Shown piece by piece: positions 41,341 through 50,312 of a stretch of 64,000 nucleotides of DNA. The notes under the pieces were generated by a model, which saw nothing but the letters and a program-made list of their open reading frames with translations, ran no database searches and had not been told where the DNA came from. This DNA comes from Desulfosudaceae bacterium (lineage in GTDB: Bacteria > Desulfobacterota > Desulfobacteria > Desulfobacterales > Desulfosudaceae), in the NCBI GenBank assembly GCA_963674745.2, contig CAXXDV010000001.1, positions 2,464,001 through 2,528,000 on the forward strand, given 5' to 3'. Position numbers and translations under genes: made by a program. The stretch's first letter is position 1, and each line of letters opens with the position of its first letter.

Positions 41341-42759
41341 GTGACAGCAAGTATGAATATGAATCTTAATAAAGATGGTTGGAAAAGAACCCCTCTGATT
41401 GTTGCCGGATTCCTTCTGGTGCTGCTCCTTTTGGCCGGCGGCTTGTCCAGCGCCCGGGCGGCAAAGCAGGTCGACCAGCTCATGTCTTCGGGCAGTGAAT
41501 GGTTTCTGGGCGCTCAAATCGCTCAATACGGCATTGTCGGTCAATCTTCGCCCCTGGGGGTTGCCGTCAGCCCCGGTACGGCCCGGCTGGTATCCGGTCC
41601 GCTGCTGATGTACAACGGCATCGCGGCTTATTCGGAAGCGGACAGTGACGGCGACGGCACGCCCGATGCCATGGACGCCTTTCCGGCAGATCCTGCCGAG
41701 GATACGGACACGGACGGCGACGGTATCGGCAATGTGGCCGATCCGGACGATGACAATGACGGCGTAAATGATAATGCCGATGCCTTTCCCCTGGATCCCA
41801 ATGAGTGGGCGGATTCGGATGGTGACGGGGTCGGTGACAATGCCGATGCCTTTCCCACCGACCCCACTGAATATGTGGACACGGACGGCGACGGGGTTGG
41901 CGACAATGCCGATGCCTTTCCCGACGATCCGGGTGAATGGCAGGATTCGGACGGCGACGGTATCGGTGATAACAGTGATGATACACCCTTCGGCCCCGAT
42001 GACGTCAAAGATACGGATGGGGACGGCGTAGATGATAACAACGATGCCTTTCCCCTGGATCCCGATGAGTGGGTGGATTCTGATGGTGACGGGGTCGGCG
42101 ACAATGCCGATGCCTTCCCCGACGATCCCACCGAATACGCAGACACGGACGGTGACGGGATCGGCGACGCAGAGGAGAACAACGGGCCCAATAACGGTGA
42201 TGGAAATAACGATGGGATACCCGACAGCCGGCAGGGCAATGTGGCCTCTTTTATTCCCTTTAACGGCCAGGGATATGTCACCCTGGAATCCCCGGCCGGT
42301 ACTTTTCTGAGCGAATGCGGGGCCGCAGACAACCCTTCCGCCGGAGAGGGACCGGATGGGATCGGTTTTCCCTATGACTTTTTGGAATTCACCATCAACC
42401 GGATCGGTGCCGGCGGGGCCACTATTTTGAAAATATATTTTTCGGATCAAGTGGCCGTTAATACCTATTATCAGTATGGACCGACACCGCAAAACCCGGC
42501 AGCCCACTGGTACGAATTTCTGTTTGATGAACTTACGGGCGCGGTCATTGATACCGCCAATCGCGTCGTTACCCTCTATTTTGAAGACGGTGCCAGGGGC
42601 GATGACGAACCGGTGCCGGATGGCCAGATTGCCTGCCTGGGCGGACCGGGTGCCGGTCAGGACGATTCACCTTCTGACGATGACGGGGATGATACGGGCG
42701 CTACGAGTGGCGGATCCGGCGGTTCCGGTGGGTGTTTTATCGAGCAGTTGCGAAAATGA
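41341..42759 (+). CDS. Secreted Ca-binding TSP type-3 repeat protein with choice-of-anchor U-like domain and Gly-rich/CFI C-terminal tail
   Basis: Signal peptide; repeated DxDGDGVGDNADAFPxDPxE units; DGNNDGIPDSRQ...YYQYGPTP...WYEF...DGARGDD domain; ends GGSGGSGGCFIEQLRK. Start uncertain (41341/41353/41359). Confidence 0.78.
   Translation: MTASMNMNLNKDGWKRTPLIVAGFLLVLLLLAGGLSSARAAKQVDQLMSSGSEWFLGAQIAQYGIVGQSSPLGVAVSPGTARLVSGPLLMYNGIAAYSEADSDGDGTPDAMDAFPADPAEDTDTDGDGIGNVADPDDDNDGVNDNADAFPLDPNEWADSDGDGVGDNADAFPTDPTEYVDTDGDGVGDNADAFPDDPGEWQDSDGDGIGDNSDDTPFGPDDVKDTDGDGVDDNNDAFPLDPDEWVDSDGDGVGDNADAFPDDPTEYADTDGDGIGDAEENNGPNNGDGNNDGIPDSRQGNVASFIPFNGQGYVTLESPAGTFLSECGAADNPSAGEGPDGIGFPYDFLEFTINRIGAGGATILKIYFSDQVAVNTYYQYGPTPQNPAAHWYEFLFDELTGAVIDTANRVVTLYFEDGARGDDEPVPDGQIACLGGPGAGQDDSPSDDDGDDTGATSGGSGGSGGCFIEQLRK
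41640..42170 (+). repeat. Intragenic tandem repeats encoding TSP3-like Ca-binding units
   Basis: Recurrent GACAATGCCGATGCCTTTCCC-containing ~63-nt units. Confidence 0.8.
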
Positions 42760-42806
42760 AAAACGTAGGCCCGATGAGGCGTGAAGACCGGGCCGGGAGA
42801 CAGAAT

Positions 42807-44897
42807 ATGCGGAAAACCTTTTTGATTTTCATCATGATCATTGCCGGCCTTGTGCCGGCAATTGTCGGCCGGGCCGCGCCCGTCCCTTCGGTCATCAATT
42901 ATCAGGGATATTTAAGCAACCTCAACGGCAACCCTCTGCCCGATGGCAATTATGACATGACCTTCACCTTTTTCGACAGCCTGACCGGCGGCAGCCCCCT
43001 GTGGACCGAGGTGTGGGACGGGGGCAACCCGGTCCCGGTGGTAAACGGCCGGTTTAACGTCAGCCTGGGCGCTATTTCCCCGTTTGCCGGCACTCCGCTT
43101 CTGTTTGACCGGAACTATTACCTGGAAGTGACCGTCGATACTTATGGCCCCATGGCCCCGCGCCTGGAACTGACGGCGGTGCCCTATACCAATCAGGCCA
43201 GGAACGTCGCTGCCATGGCCGCTCTGTCCGGGGCCGTGGCAGGCACTTCCGATACGCAGACCCTGACGGCCAAAGCCATCGTTGATGGGGCCATCAACGG
43301 CAATACCATCAATGACACCCAGATTACCGCCTCCACGGGGACCTTCACCTCGGTTTCGACCACCGGCGGCCTGACCGCCAGCGGACAAATCCTGAGCCGG
43401 GTCATAATTGATGGGGCGCCGAAAACGGCTAATTACGCGGTGACACCCGCGGACGATCATATCCTGGTGGATGCCTCGGCCGGGACCGTGACGGTGACCC
43501 TCCCTCCGGCCGCCGGCAACGGCGGCGATGCCTGTACCATTACCTTGACGACCGGGGACCCCAACCCGGTCACCCCGGACCTGATCATCAATCCGTCCGG
43601 AGCCGAAACCATCAGCGGCCGGCCGGAACTGCGGTTTTTCCGGCCGGGCCAATCCCTGCGGCTGATCAGTGACGGCGCCAACTGGCAGGCCGTCGACGAT
43701 GTCGGCAATGTCATCGGCCAGTATCTGTTCAGCAACCCCACCAACGGCGGCCTGCTGGTCGGCGGCAGCAACTGCGTCGGCACGGATTGCGCGAGCGGGG
43801 AAAATTTCGATGCCGACACCCTGCGCTTCAAGGAGAACAATCTTCGCGTTCTTTTTAACGATACCAGCGTAATCCCGGATTTTCCCGCCAATGACTGGCG
43901 GCTGACCGCCAACGATTCGACCAACGGCGGCCGCAACTATTTTTCCATCGATGACGTCACCAACGGGGTCTCGGCCCTGATGGTCGCCCCCGGCGGCAAC
44001 GTGCGCCTGGCCGCCGGAAGCGCTCCCCCCTGCGGGCGGCTGGATGTGCAGTCGGCTCTCCGTGATATCGGAACGGTCTCCATCGGGCTGGCGGACGCTA
44101 CCGGGACCATCACCACGGGAGCAGCCTACAACACGTTCATAGATATTATCTCCACTTCAGGCACGACTGTGACCGGTTTGGGTATTACAGGTGGTTTTAC
44201 CGCCACTCTGATCGTCGGTTGTCAAATATCCGCTGTCGGCGAAACCAAAACAGTCGTCGCCATTATTGATAATACGCACCTGGAAGTGGATACCGCCTGG
44301 AGCAGCGACCTGACAAATCAGGGGTTATCCCTGTCTTTAATTCCGGTGACCGGCAGCGGGACCTTGTTTATAGCCGAACTGGCGGCAAGAGGCGAGATTA
44401 CCGCCGGAGGCGATACCCAGGTCATTTACAGCGTTTTCGACAATACCTCTTTAGTAATGTTCGCTCCCTGGATCGCCCTGGCCGGGGCTACCTACCAGGC
44501 GCCCCGGGCCCTGATCGGCAGCGGCACGGCTTTTACGGAGGATATCGGCGTGGGGGATACGGTTTTCGTCGACGGCCAGCCCAGACTGGTGACCGCGGTC
44601 AACAGCGACACGGAAGCCGAATTAGACAAGGCATTTGCGACCATTGCCGCGGGCCTGACCGGCCAGGTGCAAAAACCCGCCTTGCTGGTGGCCGATGACG
44701 GCCGGGTGGGTATTGGCACGATCTCACCGGACAATACCTTTGAAGTGGAACTCGCGCCCACGGTTGATGCCGAAATGGGGCGGGGCACCGCCGATCCGGA
44801 CCTCACCTTCTTCTCTTTGAGAAGCCCGAACGGGTCCCAATTCCATATCCAGGTCGACAACGGCGGCAATCTGTCCGGTTCCCCGATTGTGCCTTGA
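42807..44897 (+). CDS. Secreted phage-tail-fibre-like protein (paralog 2, with extra nested modules)
   Basis: Colinear with paralog 1 (PSVINYQG..., GSNCVGTDC...FKENNLRV, LRSPNGSQFHIQVDNGGNL) plus a ~200-aa insertion; GGAG RBS before ATG 42807. Confidence 0.75.
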   Translation: MRKTFLIFIMIIAGLVPAIVGRAAPVPSVINYQGYLSNLNGNPLPDGNYDMTFTFFDSLTGGSPLWTEVWDGGNPVPVVNGRFNVSLGAISPFAGTPLLFDRNYYLEVTVDTYGPMAPRLELTAVPYTNQARNVAAMAALSGAVAGTSDTQTLTAKAIVDGAINGNTINDTQITASTGTFTSVSTTGGLTASGQILSRVIIDGAPKTANYAVTPADDHILVDASAGTVTVTLPPAAGNGGDACTITLTTGDPNPVTPDLIINPSGAETISGRPELRFFRPGQSLRLISDGANWQAVDDVGNVIGQYLFSNPTNGGLLVGGSNCVGTDCASGENFDADTLRFKENNLRVLFNDTSVIPDFPANDWRLTANDSTNGGRNYFSIDDVTNGVSALMVAPGGNVRLAAGSAPPCGRLDVQSALRDIGTVSIGLADATGTITTGAAYNTFIDIISTSGTTVTGLGITGGFTATLIVGCQISAVGETKTVVAIIDNTHLEVDTAWSSDLTNQGLSLSLIPVTGSGTLFIAELAARGEITAGGDTQVIYSVFDNTSLVMFAPWIALAGATYQAPRALIGSGTAFTEDIGVGDTVFVDGQPRLVTAVNSDTEAELDKAFATIAAGLTGQVQKPALLVADDGRVGIGTISPDNTFEVELAPTVDAEMGRGTADPDLTFFSLRSPNGSQFHIQVDNGGNLSGSPIVP

Positions 44898-45039
44898 TTT
44901 TTTCCAACAGGGCCCGGGCTTTCCCGGTATTCTCCCTAAAATAATCAAATGTTGTTCACAAAAGGTCTTTTCAAGTAGCAGGCTGATCATCTCGTCCTGC
45001 CGGGCGGATACACGCAGACACATCCATCTCGAGCGGGAT

Positions 45040-45086
45040 TCCATAATAATCGTTTTTAATTAACGAAAAAAATGGCAAAATGCAAG
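45040..45086. repeat. 47-bp direct repeat, copy 2
   Basis: TCCATAATAATCGTTTTTAATTAACGAAAAAAATGGCAAAATGCAAG; 4 mismatches to copy 1. Confidence 0.85.
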
Positions 45087-45143
45087 ATGGGGATAAAAAG
45101 TACAGGCAGCGTAATGACGATAGATTAAAAGGAGTTCGGTGCG

Positions 45144-45390
45144 ATGAGACCAGATTGAAATTGACGAGTGCGCCAAATGCGGCGGTATCTGGCTGGATGT
45201 GGAAGAGCTGGAACGAATACGGGAACTCTTTCCCACCCAGAAGGTTCGTGAGCGTGCCGGTGATGAACTTGTTCAACGCTTTTTGCAAAGTGATGAGTTT
45301 AAAAACCATGAGCAAAAATTTAATGCCTCAATGGAAAGCATGGGCCGTGTCGCGCGGTTTTTAGAAAGATTGGCTGGCTTTGTATATTAA
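45144..45390 (+). pseudogene. Truncated zf-TFIIB-type zinc-ribbon protein remnant
   Basis: Frame 45148-45390 encodes QIEIDECAKCGGIWLDVEELERI but lacks the first CPxC knuckle. The ATG behind the AAGGAG RBS (45144) is out of frame and stops after 4 codons. Confidence 0.6.
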
Positions 45391-45408
45391 GAGGATTTTT
45401 TCTGCACT

Positions 45409-46047
45409 ATGTTCAAAAACACAAAATATCTTTTAATCCTGCTGCTGACGGCTTTTTTTGTCGGGAATGCCAGTCGCGCGCCGGCCAATGAACTGGTAGA
45501 AGCCGCCCGGGACCAGATAGGTAAAACCGTTGCTTATGATCCGGGCTACCAGGTCCTTGATTATCCGGGCGGGGACATCCCGATGGATCGGGGTGTGTGT
45601 ACGGATGTCATCATACGGGCTTTGAGGCAGGCCTATAGGATAGATCTGCAGCAGCTGGTGCATGAAGACATGAAAGACAATTTTCCACAATATCCGAAAA
45701 ATTGGGGCTTAAGCCGGCCGGACAAAAACATTGACCATCGCCGCGTGCCCAATCTGAAGCTGTTTTTTAAACGAAAGAAATGGGCTTTGGATGTTTCAGA
45801 TCAGGCGGCTGATTATAAGGCCGGTGATCTGGTGACCTGTACCGTACCGCCCAATCTGCCGCACATCATGATGGTCAGTGACCGTAAAAACGGAAAAGGA
45901 ACGCCTTTCGTAATCCATAACATCGGTTTGGGGACGCGGGAGGAAGACCGCCTGTTCGAATTTGACATCACCGGGCATTATCGTCTGCCCGAGCTTGAAC
46001 CGGCAGGTAGCACGGCCGGGGTAACCGTTCCCCGGAGTGGCATCTGA
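45409..46047 (+). CDS. DUF1287 (YijF-like) exported protein
   Basis: YDPGY..LDYPGGD, GVCTDVIIRA, DKNIDHRRVPNL and IHNIG. Confidence 0.85.
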   Translation: MFKNTKYLLILLLTAFFVGNASRAPANELVEAARDQIGKTVAYDPGYQVLDYPGGDIPMDRGVCTDVIIRALRQAYRIDLQQLVHEDMKDNFPQYPKNWGLSRPDKNIDHRRVPNLKLFFKRKKWALDVSDQAADYKAGDLVTCTVPPNLPHIMMVSDRKNGKGTPFVIHNIGLGTREEDRLFEFDITGHYRLPELEPAGSTAGVTVPRSGI

Positions 46048-46079
46048 CGGAATAATCGGGTTTATCATAAGAGAGAGCA

Positions 46080-46343
46080 ATGAAAGAATATTTTGATGTC
46101 AGTTCAATCCTTGTTATCCTGGTAACGTTTATTTTATTTGTGATGGCCCTGTTTACAAAAGGGTTTACACATGATTTGCTGCTGGAAGCGGGTGTTTTCC
46201 TGGTCTCAGTCAAACTGATTCTGATGGCCTATAACAACCGTGTCATATCAAAGAAGATTATAGAAGAACTCGATGAGATAAAAACCGGTTGCGTGCATGA
46301 TGTTCACATGGAGAAAGAGGGAGATGAATATTCAACAGATTAA
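46080..46343 (+). CDS. Small two-TM membrane protein, hypothetical
   Basis: LFTKGFTHDLLLEAGVFLVSVKLI flanked by hydrophobic helices. Confidence 0.7.
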   Translation: MKEYFDVSSILVILVTFILFVMALFTKGFTHDLLLEAGVFLVSVKLILMAYNNRVISKKIIEELDEIKTGCVHDVHMEKEGDEYSTD

Positions 46344-46956
46344 ATTAAGCCGGATGGATACCTTCTGCTACCTGATCGCGGACGAGGTCTCAAAGGCATG
46401 CGCCCTCATCGATCCGGCTTTTGATACCGGCAAGATACTCAAGCGGGCGGGCGGGGCCGGTTATAATGTCGTTTATGTCATCAATACTCACGGGCATGCC
46501 GATCACTGTGCCGGAAATGCCGCTGTTATCAAGGCCACCGGCGCCAAACTGATGATTCATGAAAAAGATGCCCACCGTCTCAAAGGGGTGGTGAGCGGCG
46601 TCTTTTCGGCTGCTCTGGGCGGGCGGCCGTCGCCCAGACCGGATGTCCTGTTAAAACATAAGGACACCATATCCGTCGGCGATATCAAGCTGACCGTTCT
46701 GCACACCCCGGGCCATACGCCGGGCAGCATCTGTCTGTATACCACCGGGCATATCTTTACCGGTGACACCCTGTTTGTCGGCGGGGTCGGGCGTACCGAT
46801 CTGCCCGGCGGATCGGCAAGGACGCTACTTTCATCCATCAGGGGGCAGATATACACACTGCCCCAGGATACGGTGGTCTGGCCCGGTCATGATTACGGTG
46901 AAACGCCTTCCTCGACGGTTGCCAGGGAGAAAAAAACCAATCCCTTTACGCGGTAG
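46324..46956 (+). CDS. MBL-fold metallo-hydrolase (glyoxalase II/persulfide dioxygenase-like)
   Basis: THGHADH, HTPGHTPG, FTGDTLF and WPGHDY. Confidence 0.9.
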   Translation: MNIQQIKLSRMDTFCYLIADEVSKACALIDPAFDTGKILKRAGGAGYNVVYVINTHGHADHCAGNAAVIKATGAKLMIHEKDAHRLKGVVSGVFSAALGGRPSPRPDVLLKHKDTISVGDIKLTVLHTPGHTPGSICLYTTGHIFTGDTLFVGGVGRTDLPGGSARTLLSSIRGQIYTLPQDTVVWPGHDYGETPSSTVAREKKTNPFTR

Positions 46957-46998
46957 ACGTGGTCGAATGCGTCGGAAGACAAAGAAGGGCTTTTTTTG

Positions 46999-48639
46999 AT
47001 GATCGAGGAAAAACGATTGATGAAATGGCCGGCCGCCGGGCTGATTTTTTTGCTGCTTTTCGGTTTTATCCGTCCTTTTTGGGCTCTTTCTGAAGAGATG
47101 GCCGATCAGACCGATGATGTCGTGCTGGAGATGACCCTGGCCGAAGCCATCTCTTTAGCGTTGCGGACCAACCGTTCCGTCCAGATGGCCTATCTGGACC
47201 GGGCCGTTCAAAAGTTTGACCTCAAGGTTGCCGAAGACAAGTTCCGGCCGGATGTTAATTTGGACGGCAATATCAGCCGCACGGATACGGATTATGAAAC
47301 AACCCGGGGGCAGGACAGAACCAAAACCGACACCCTGACCGATGAAATATCCGGAGCCGTAAGCGTTACGGAAACCGTTCCCACCGGAGGGATGTTTCAG
47401 TTCGTCTGGAACCCCTCGCTGAGCGATTCCGAGACCGATGATTTACAGACTGATTCCGGCCTGAGCCGACTGAACTCAGACGGATATACGTCCTCATGGA
47501 ATGTCAGCTTTACCCAGCCGCTTTTAAAAGGAGGCGGTATTGACGTTAATACCGCTTCAGTGACACAGGCCAGGTTGGTGGAGCAGGCCAATATCCTGTA
47601 TTTAAAGTCCACCCTTATCAGCACAGTGACTTCCGTCATTAATGCCTATCGTGCGTTTCAGCAGGTACGGGGGCAGGTTGAGATCAGCAAGGCCTCGCTG
47701 GAAAGGGCCAGAAAACTGGTAGAAATAAACAAGCTGATGATCGAGTCCGGAAGGATGGCCGAGGTCGAATTGGTCCAGAGCGAAGCCGAGGTGGCCAGCA
47801 GAGAGTTCTCCTATGAAGGGGTGTTGAATAATTTTGACCGGGCCAGACTGGCGCTGATCAAGGTTCTGGATATCCCGAAAAACACCCGGTTTATTCTGGC
47901 CGGAGAAGACGATCTCGGGCGAATCGTTCCCGATACGGATAATTGCACCAAAACGGCTTTTAAAAACAGACCGGATTATCTTCAGTCTCTTTTGAGTCTG
48001 GAAGGCACAAAAATAAACCTGATGCTGGCCAAAAACAACCGGCTCTGGGACTTGAATCTGAACGCATCTTATGGTGAGTCAGATAATCGTTCCGAAGAAA
48101 CCATTGACGGTCTGGATGCCCCCAGGTTTAAAACCGACGGTAATGAATGGCGGGTGGGGCTGGATCTCCAGATCCCGATCTGGGGAGACCTTACCCGTGA
48201 ACAGTCCGTCTTAAGTGCGGAAACCAGCCTGAGAAAGGCTAAAATTAACCTGAAGGAGCTGGCCGATAACGTGGAGACGGAGGTTATAGACGCCATCAGG
48301 GATGTTGTGGCCAAGCTTAAACAGGTGGATCTGGCCAGGCTCAGCAGGGAACTGTCCGAGCAGAAACTCATGATAGAGGAGGCCAAACTTAAAGCCGGAC
48401 GTTCCACCAATTTCCAGCTGGTCAGCTTTCAAAACGATCTGGTGAACGCTCAGAACGCCGAGTTGAACGCCATCACCGATTACAGAAACGCTTTGACCGC
48501 TCTGGACCAGGTCCTGGGCACCACACTGGATACCTGGCAGATTGTCTTTAAAAGTGAACAGACGGTTGATGAAAGTGTCTGGCAGGACGGGAGCATGACG
48601 ATTGACGGGGTCAGGAAAAAGCTGAACCGGTCAAATTGA
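46999..48639 (+). CDS. TolC-family outer membrane protein
   Basis: Signal peptide, MTLAEAISLAL, FTQPLLKG and duplicated OEP repeats. Confidence 0.87.
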   Translation: MIEEKRLMKWPAAGLIFLLLFGFIRPFWALSEEMADQTDDVVLEMTLAEAISLALRTNRSVQMAYLDRAVQKFDLKVAEDKFRPDVNLDGNISRTDTDYETTRGQDRTKTDTLTDEISGAVSVTETVPTGGMFQFVWNPSLSDSETDDLQTDSGLSRLNSDGYTSSWNVSFTQPLLKGGGIDVNTASVTQARLVEQANILYLKSTLISTVTSVINAYRAFQQVRGQVEISKASLERARKLVEINKLMIESGRMAEVELVQSEAEVASREFSYEGVLNNFDRARLALIKVLDIPKNTRFILAGEDDLGRIVPDTDNCTKTAFKNRPDYLQSLLSLEGTKINLMLAKNNRLWDLNLNASYGESDNRSEETIDGLDAPRFKTDGNEWRVGLDLQIPIWGDLTREQSVLSAETSLRKAKINLKELADNVETEVIDAIRDVVAKLKQVDLARLSRELSEQKLMIEEAKLKAGRSTNFQLVSFQNDLVNAQNAELNAITDYRNALTALDQVLGTTLDTWQIVFKSEQTVDESVWQDGSMTIDGVRKKLNRSN

Positions 48640-48655
48640 ACTTAAAAGTGAAAAT

Positions 48656-48731
48656 TGGTACGCCCGGCAGGATTCGAACCTGCGATCTTCAGCTCCGGAG
48701 GCTGACGCCCTATCCCCTGGGCTACGGGCGC
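48656..48731 (-). tRNA. tRNA-Arg (CCG)
   Basis: GCGCCCGTAGCCCAGGGGATAGGGCGTCAGCCT-CCG-GAGCTGAAGATCGCAGGTTCGAATCCTGCCGGGCGTACCA; 76 nt, full cloverleaf, encoded CCA. Confidence 0.96.
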
Positions 48732-48784
48732 ACACGGTTATAGTCAACCTGTATTTTTAACCCTTCATGATGATGATGTCAATA

Positions 48785-50092
48785 TCAAATTCCGGGTTGC
48801 CTGACGCCTTTTCCGATCAGGGCATGCCTGGCTTCTCCGGCCACATACAGTGATCCGCTGATGCAAACGACATCTTCGGGAGACGCTTCACCGATCGACT
48901 GATGGACGGCATCCGCCACTGAATCGATGATTTCATACTTGCGGTTCAGCGAGGTGGCAATGCGTCCCAGGATCTTCGGGTCAACCGCGCGTCCGATCCG
49001 GGGCCGGGTCAGAATTACCGAATGGCACAAGGGCACCAGCTTTTTTAAGATGGCCTCATAGGGTTTATCATCCAGAATGCCTATAATTAACCGGATTTTT
49101 TTTGCCTTCACGTCCGGTGAAGCGGCCAGGTATTGTGCCAGGCTGTCAACCGCAGCCAGGTTATGGGCGCCGTCGATAATCACCATGGGTTTGTCCTGCA
49201 CGATCTCGAGTCGGGCCGGCCATTGGACGTTCAACAATCCCTGCCGGATGTGCTTTTCCTTGACAGACAACTCCTGGCGCGCGTTCAGGACTTCGCAGGA
49301 GGCCACGGCCAGGGCGGCGTTGTCAGGCTGATGAATGCCCAGCAGGCGGGTGCTGAGGTTTTTCAGGTTGGCGTTTAGTCCATAATAGGAAAAATCGCCG
49401 GAGGGATGCCGCCTGACCTTAAAATGTTCGCCCAGCCGGAAACAGTCGGCGTTGTTGTCGGCTGCGGTTTGCCGCACGGCGGCCACCGCCGGTTTCTGCC
49501 TTACACCGGTTATCACGGGAACGCGGGGTTTGATGATCCCGGCTTTTTCCCGTGCAATGGCGGCCAGGGTGTTGCCAAGGTAATCTTTATGCTCAAGGGA
49601 GATATTGGTAATAATTGACAACACCGGTTTCAGTACATTGGTGGCGTCAAAACGACCGCCCATGCCCGTTTCGATAACGGCCACATCCACCTGTTGCCGG
49701 GCGAATTCGTAAAACGCCATGGCGGTCGTATATTCAAAAAAAGTCGGTTCCCGTTTTCGGCCGTGCTTGTTCTTGACCGCTTCATAGGCGCTAACGACCC
49801 GGTCATTGCTTATCGGGCGCCCGTTGATTTTGATTCGTTCGTTAAATCTCACCAGGTGGGGGGAGGTATACAGCCCCACCCGATAGCCGGCCCGGTGCAG
49901 GATTGTTGTCAGCATGGCGGCAGTGGAACCCTTGCCGTTGGTGCCGGCGATGTGGATGCTTTTGTATTGTCGCTGGGGTTTGTCCAGCTTGTCCAGAATG
50001 GCACGGAGGGTTGTCAGCTCAAGCTTGATGCCGAAACGTCTGAGTCCGTACATTTCTTCCAGGCAGTGATTATAGGCATTTTTTTTTGTCAT
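48785..50092 (-). CDS. folC: Folylpolyglutamate synthase/dihydrofolate synthase
   Basis: IHIAGTNGKGS, YTSPHL, ETGMGGRFDATN, DGAHN and GSLY. Confidence 0.95.
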   Translation of the reverse strand: MTKKNAYNHCLEEMYGLRRFGIKLELTTLRAILDKLDKPQRQYKSIHIAGTNGKGSTAAMLTTILHRAGYRVGLYTSPHLVRFNERIKINGRPISNDRVVSAYEAVKNKHGRKREPTFFEYTTAMAFYEFARQQVDVAVIETGMGGRFDATNVLKPVLSIITNISLEHKDYLGNTLAAIAREKAGIIKPRVPVITGVRQKPAVAAVRQTAADNNADCFRLGEHFKVRRHPSGDFSYYGLNANLKNLSTRLLGIHQPDNAALAVASCEVLNARQELSVKEKHIRQGLLNVQWPARLEIVQDKPMVIIDGAHNLAAVDSLAQYLAASPDVKAKKIRLIIGILDDKPYEAILKKLVPLCHSVILTRPRIGRAVDPKILGRIATSLNRKYEIIDSVADAVHQSIGEASPEDVVCISGSLYVAGEARHALIGKGVRQPGI

Positions 50093-50247
50093 GGTAAATT
50101 CGAAAAAAGTCAAAGGTTTTATGGCAAAGTAAAAAGTTCGAAATCAAGGCGTCGCAAATCTTGAGGGATGAAGCGTACTTAAGTCGTACGTGGAATGACG
50201 AAAGATGCAGCGCAACGAAGATTTCGGGCTTTTTACGAAGCCATCAT
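50091..50247 (+). mobile_element. MITE/REP-like element, copy C (more diverged)
   Basis: Shares ATGGCAAAGTAAAAAGTTC, ATCAAGGCG, GCAGCGCAACG and GGGCTTTTTACGAAGCCATCA with copy A. Confidence 0.75.
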
Positions 50248-50254
50248 GGTTACG

Positions 50255-50287
50255 AAAAAACCCGGCCATATATATGGCCGGGTTTTT
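50255..50287 (-). terminator. Intrinsic (bidirectional-type) terminator after rpsU
   Basis: Perfect palindrome AAAAACCCGGCCATATATATGGCCGGGTTTTT. Confidence 0.85.
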
Positions 50288-50312
50288 ACAAAAAATAACT
50301 GGTGCTCAATAC

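Noticed and set aside
41640..42170. Regularly spaced DNA repeats as a CRISPR array or DGR template/variable repeat
   Set aside because: The repeats are in-frame coding TSP3 units with no unique spacers; there are no cas or reverse transcriptase genes.
39803..44897. Prophage or tailocin
   Set aside because: The proteins have Sec signal peptides, and no capsid, sheath, baseplate, lysis or integrase genes are present.
44724..45044. Minus-strand 106-aa ORF as a real gene
   Set aside because: It starts at the duplicated truA ATG but shows no recognisable motif and overlaps fibre 2 antisense; likely a by-product of the duplication.
45990..46080. Degenerate integron attC site after DUF1287
   Set aside because: No clear RYYYAAC/GTTRRRY box pair or bottom-strand hairpin, and no integrase.
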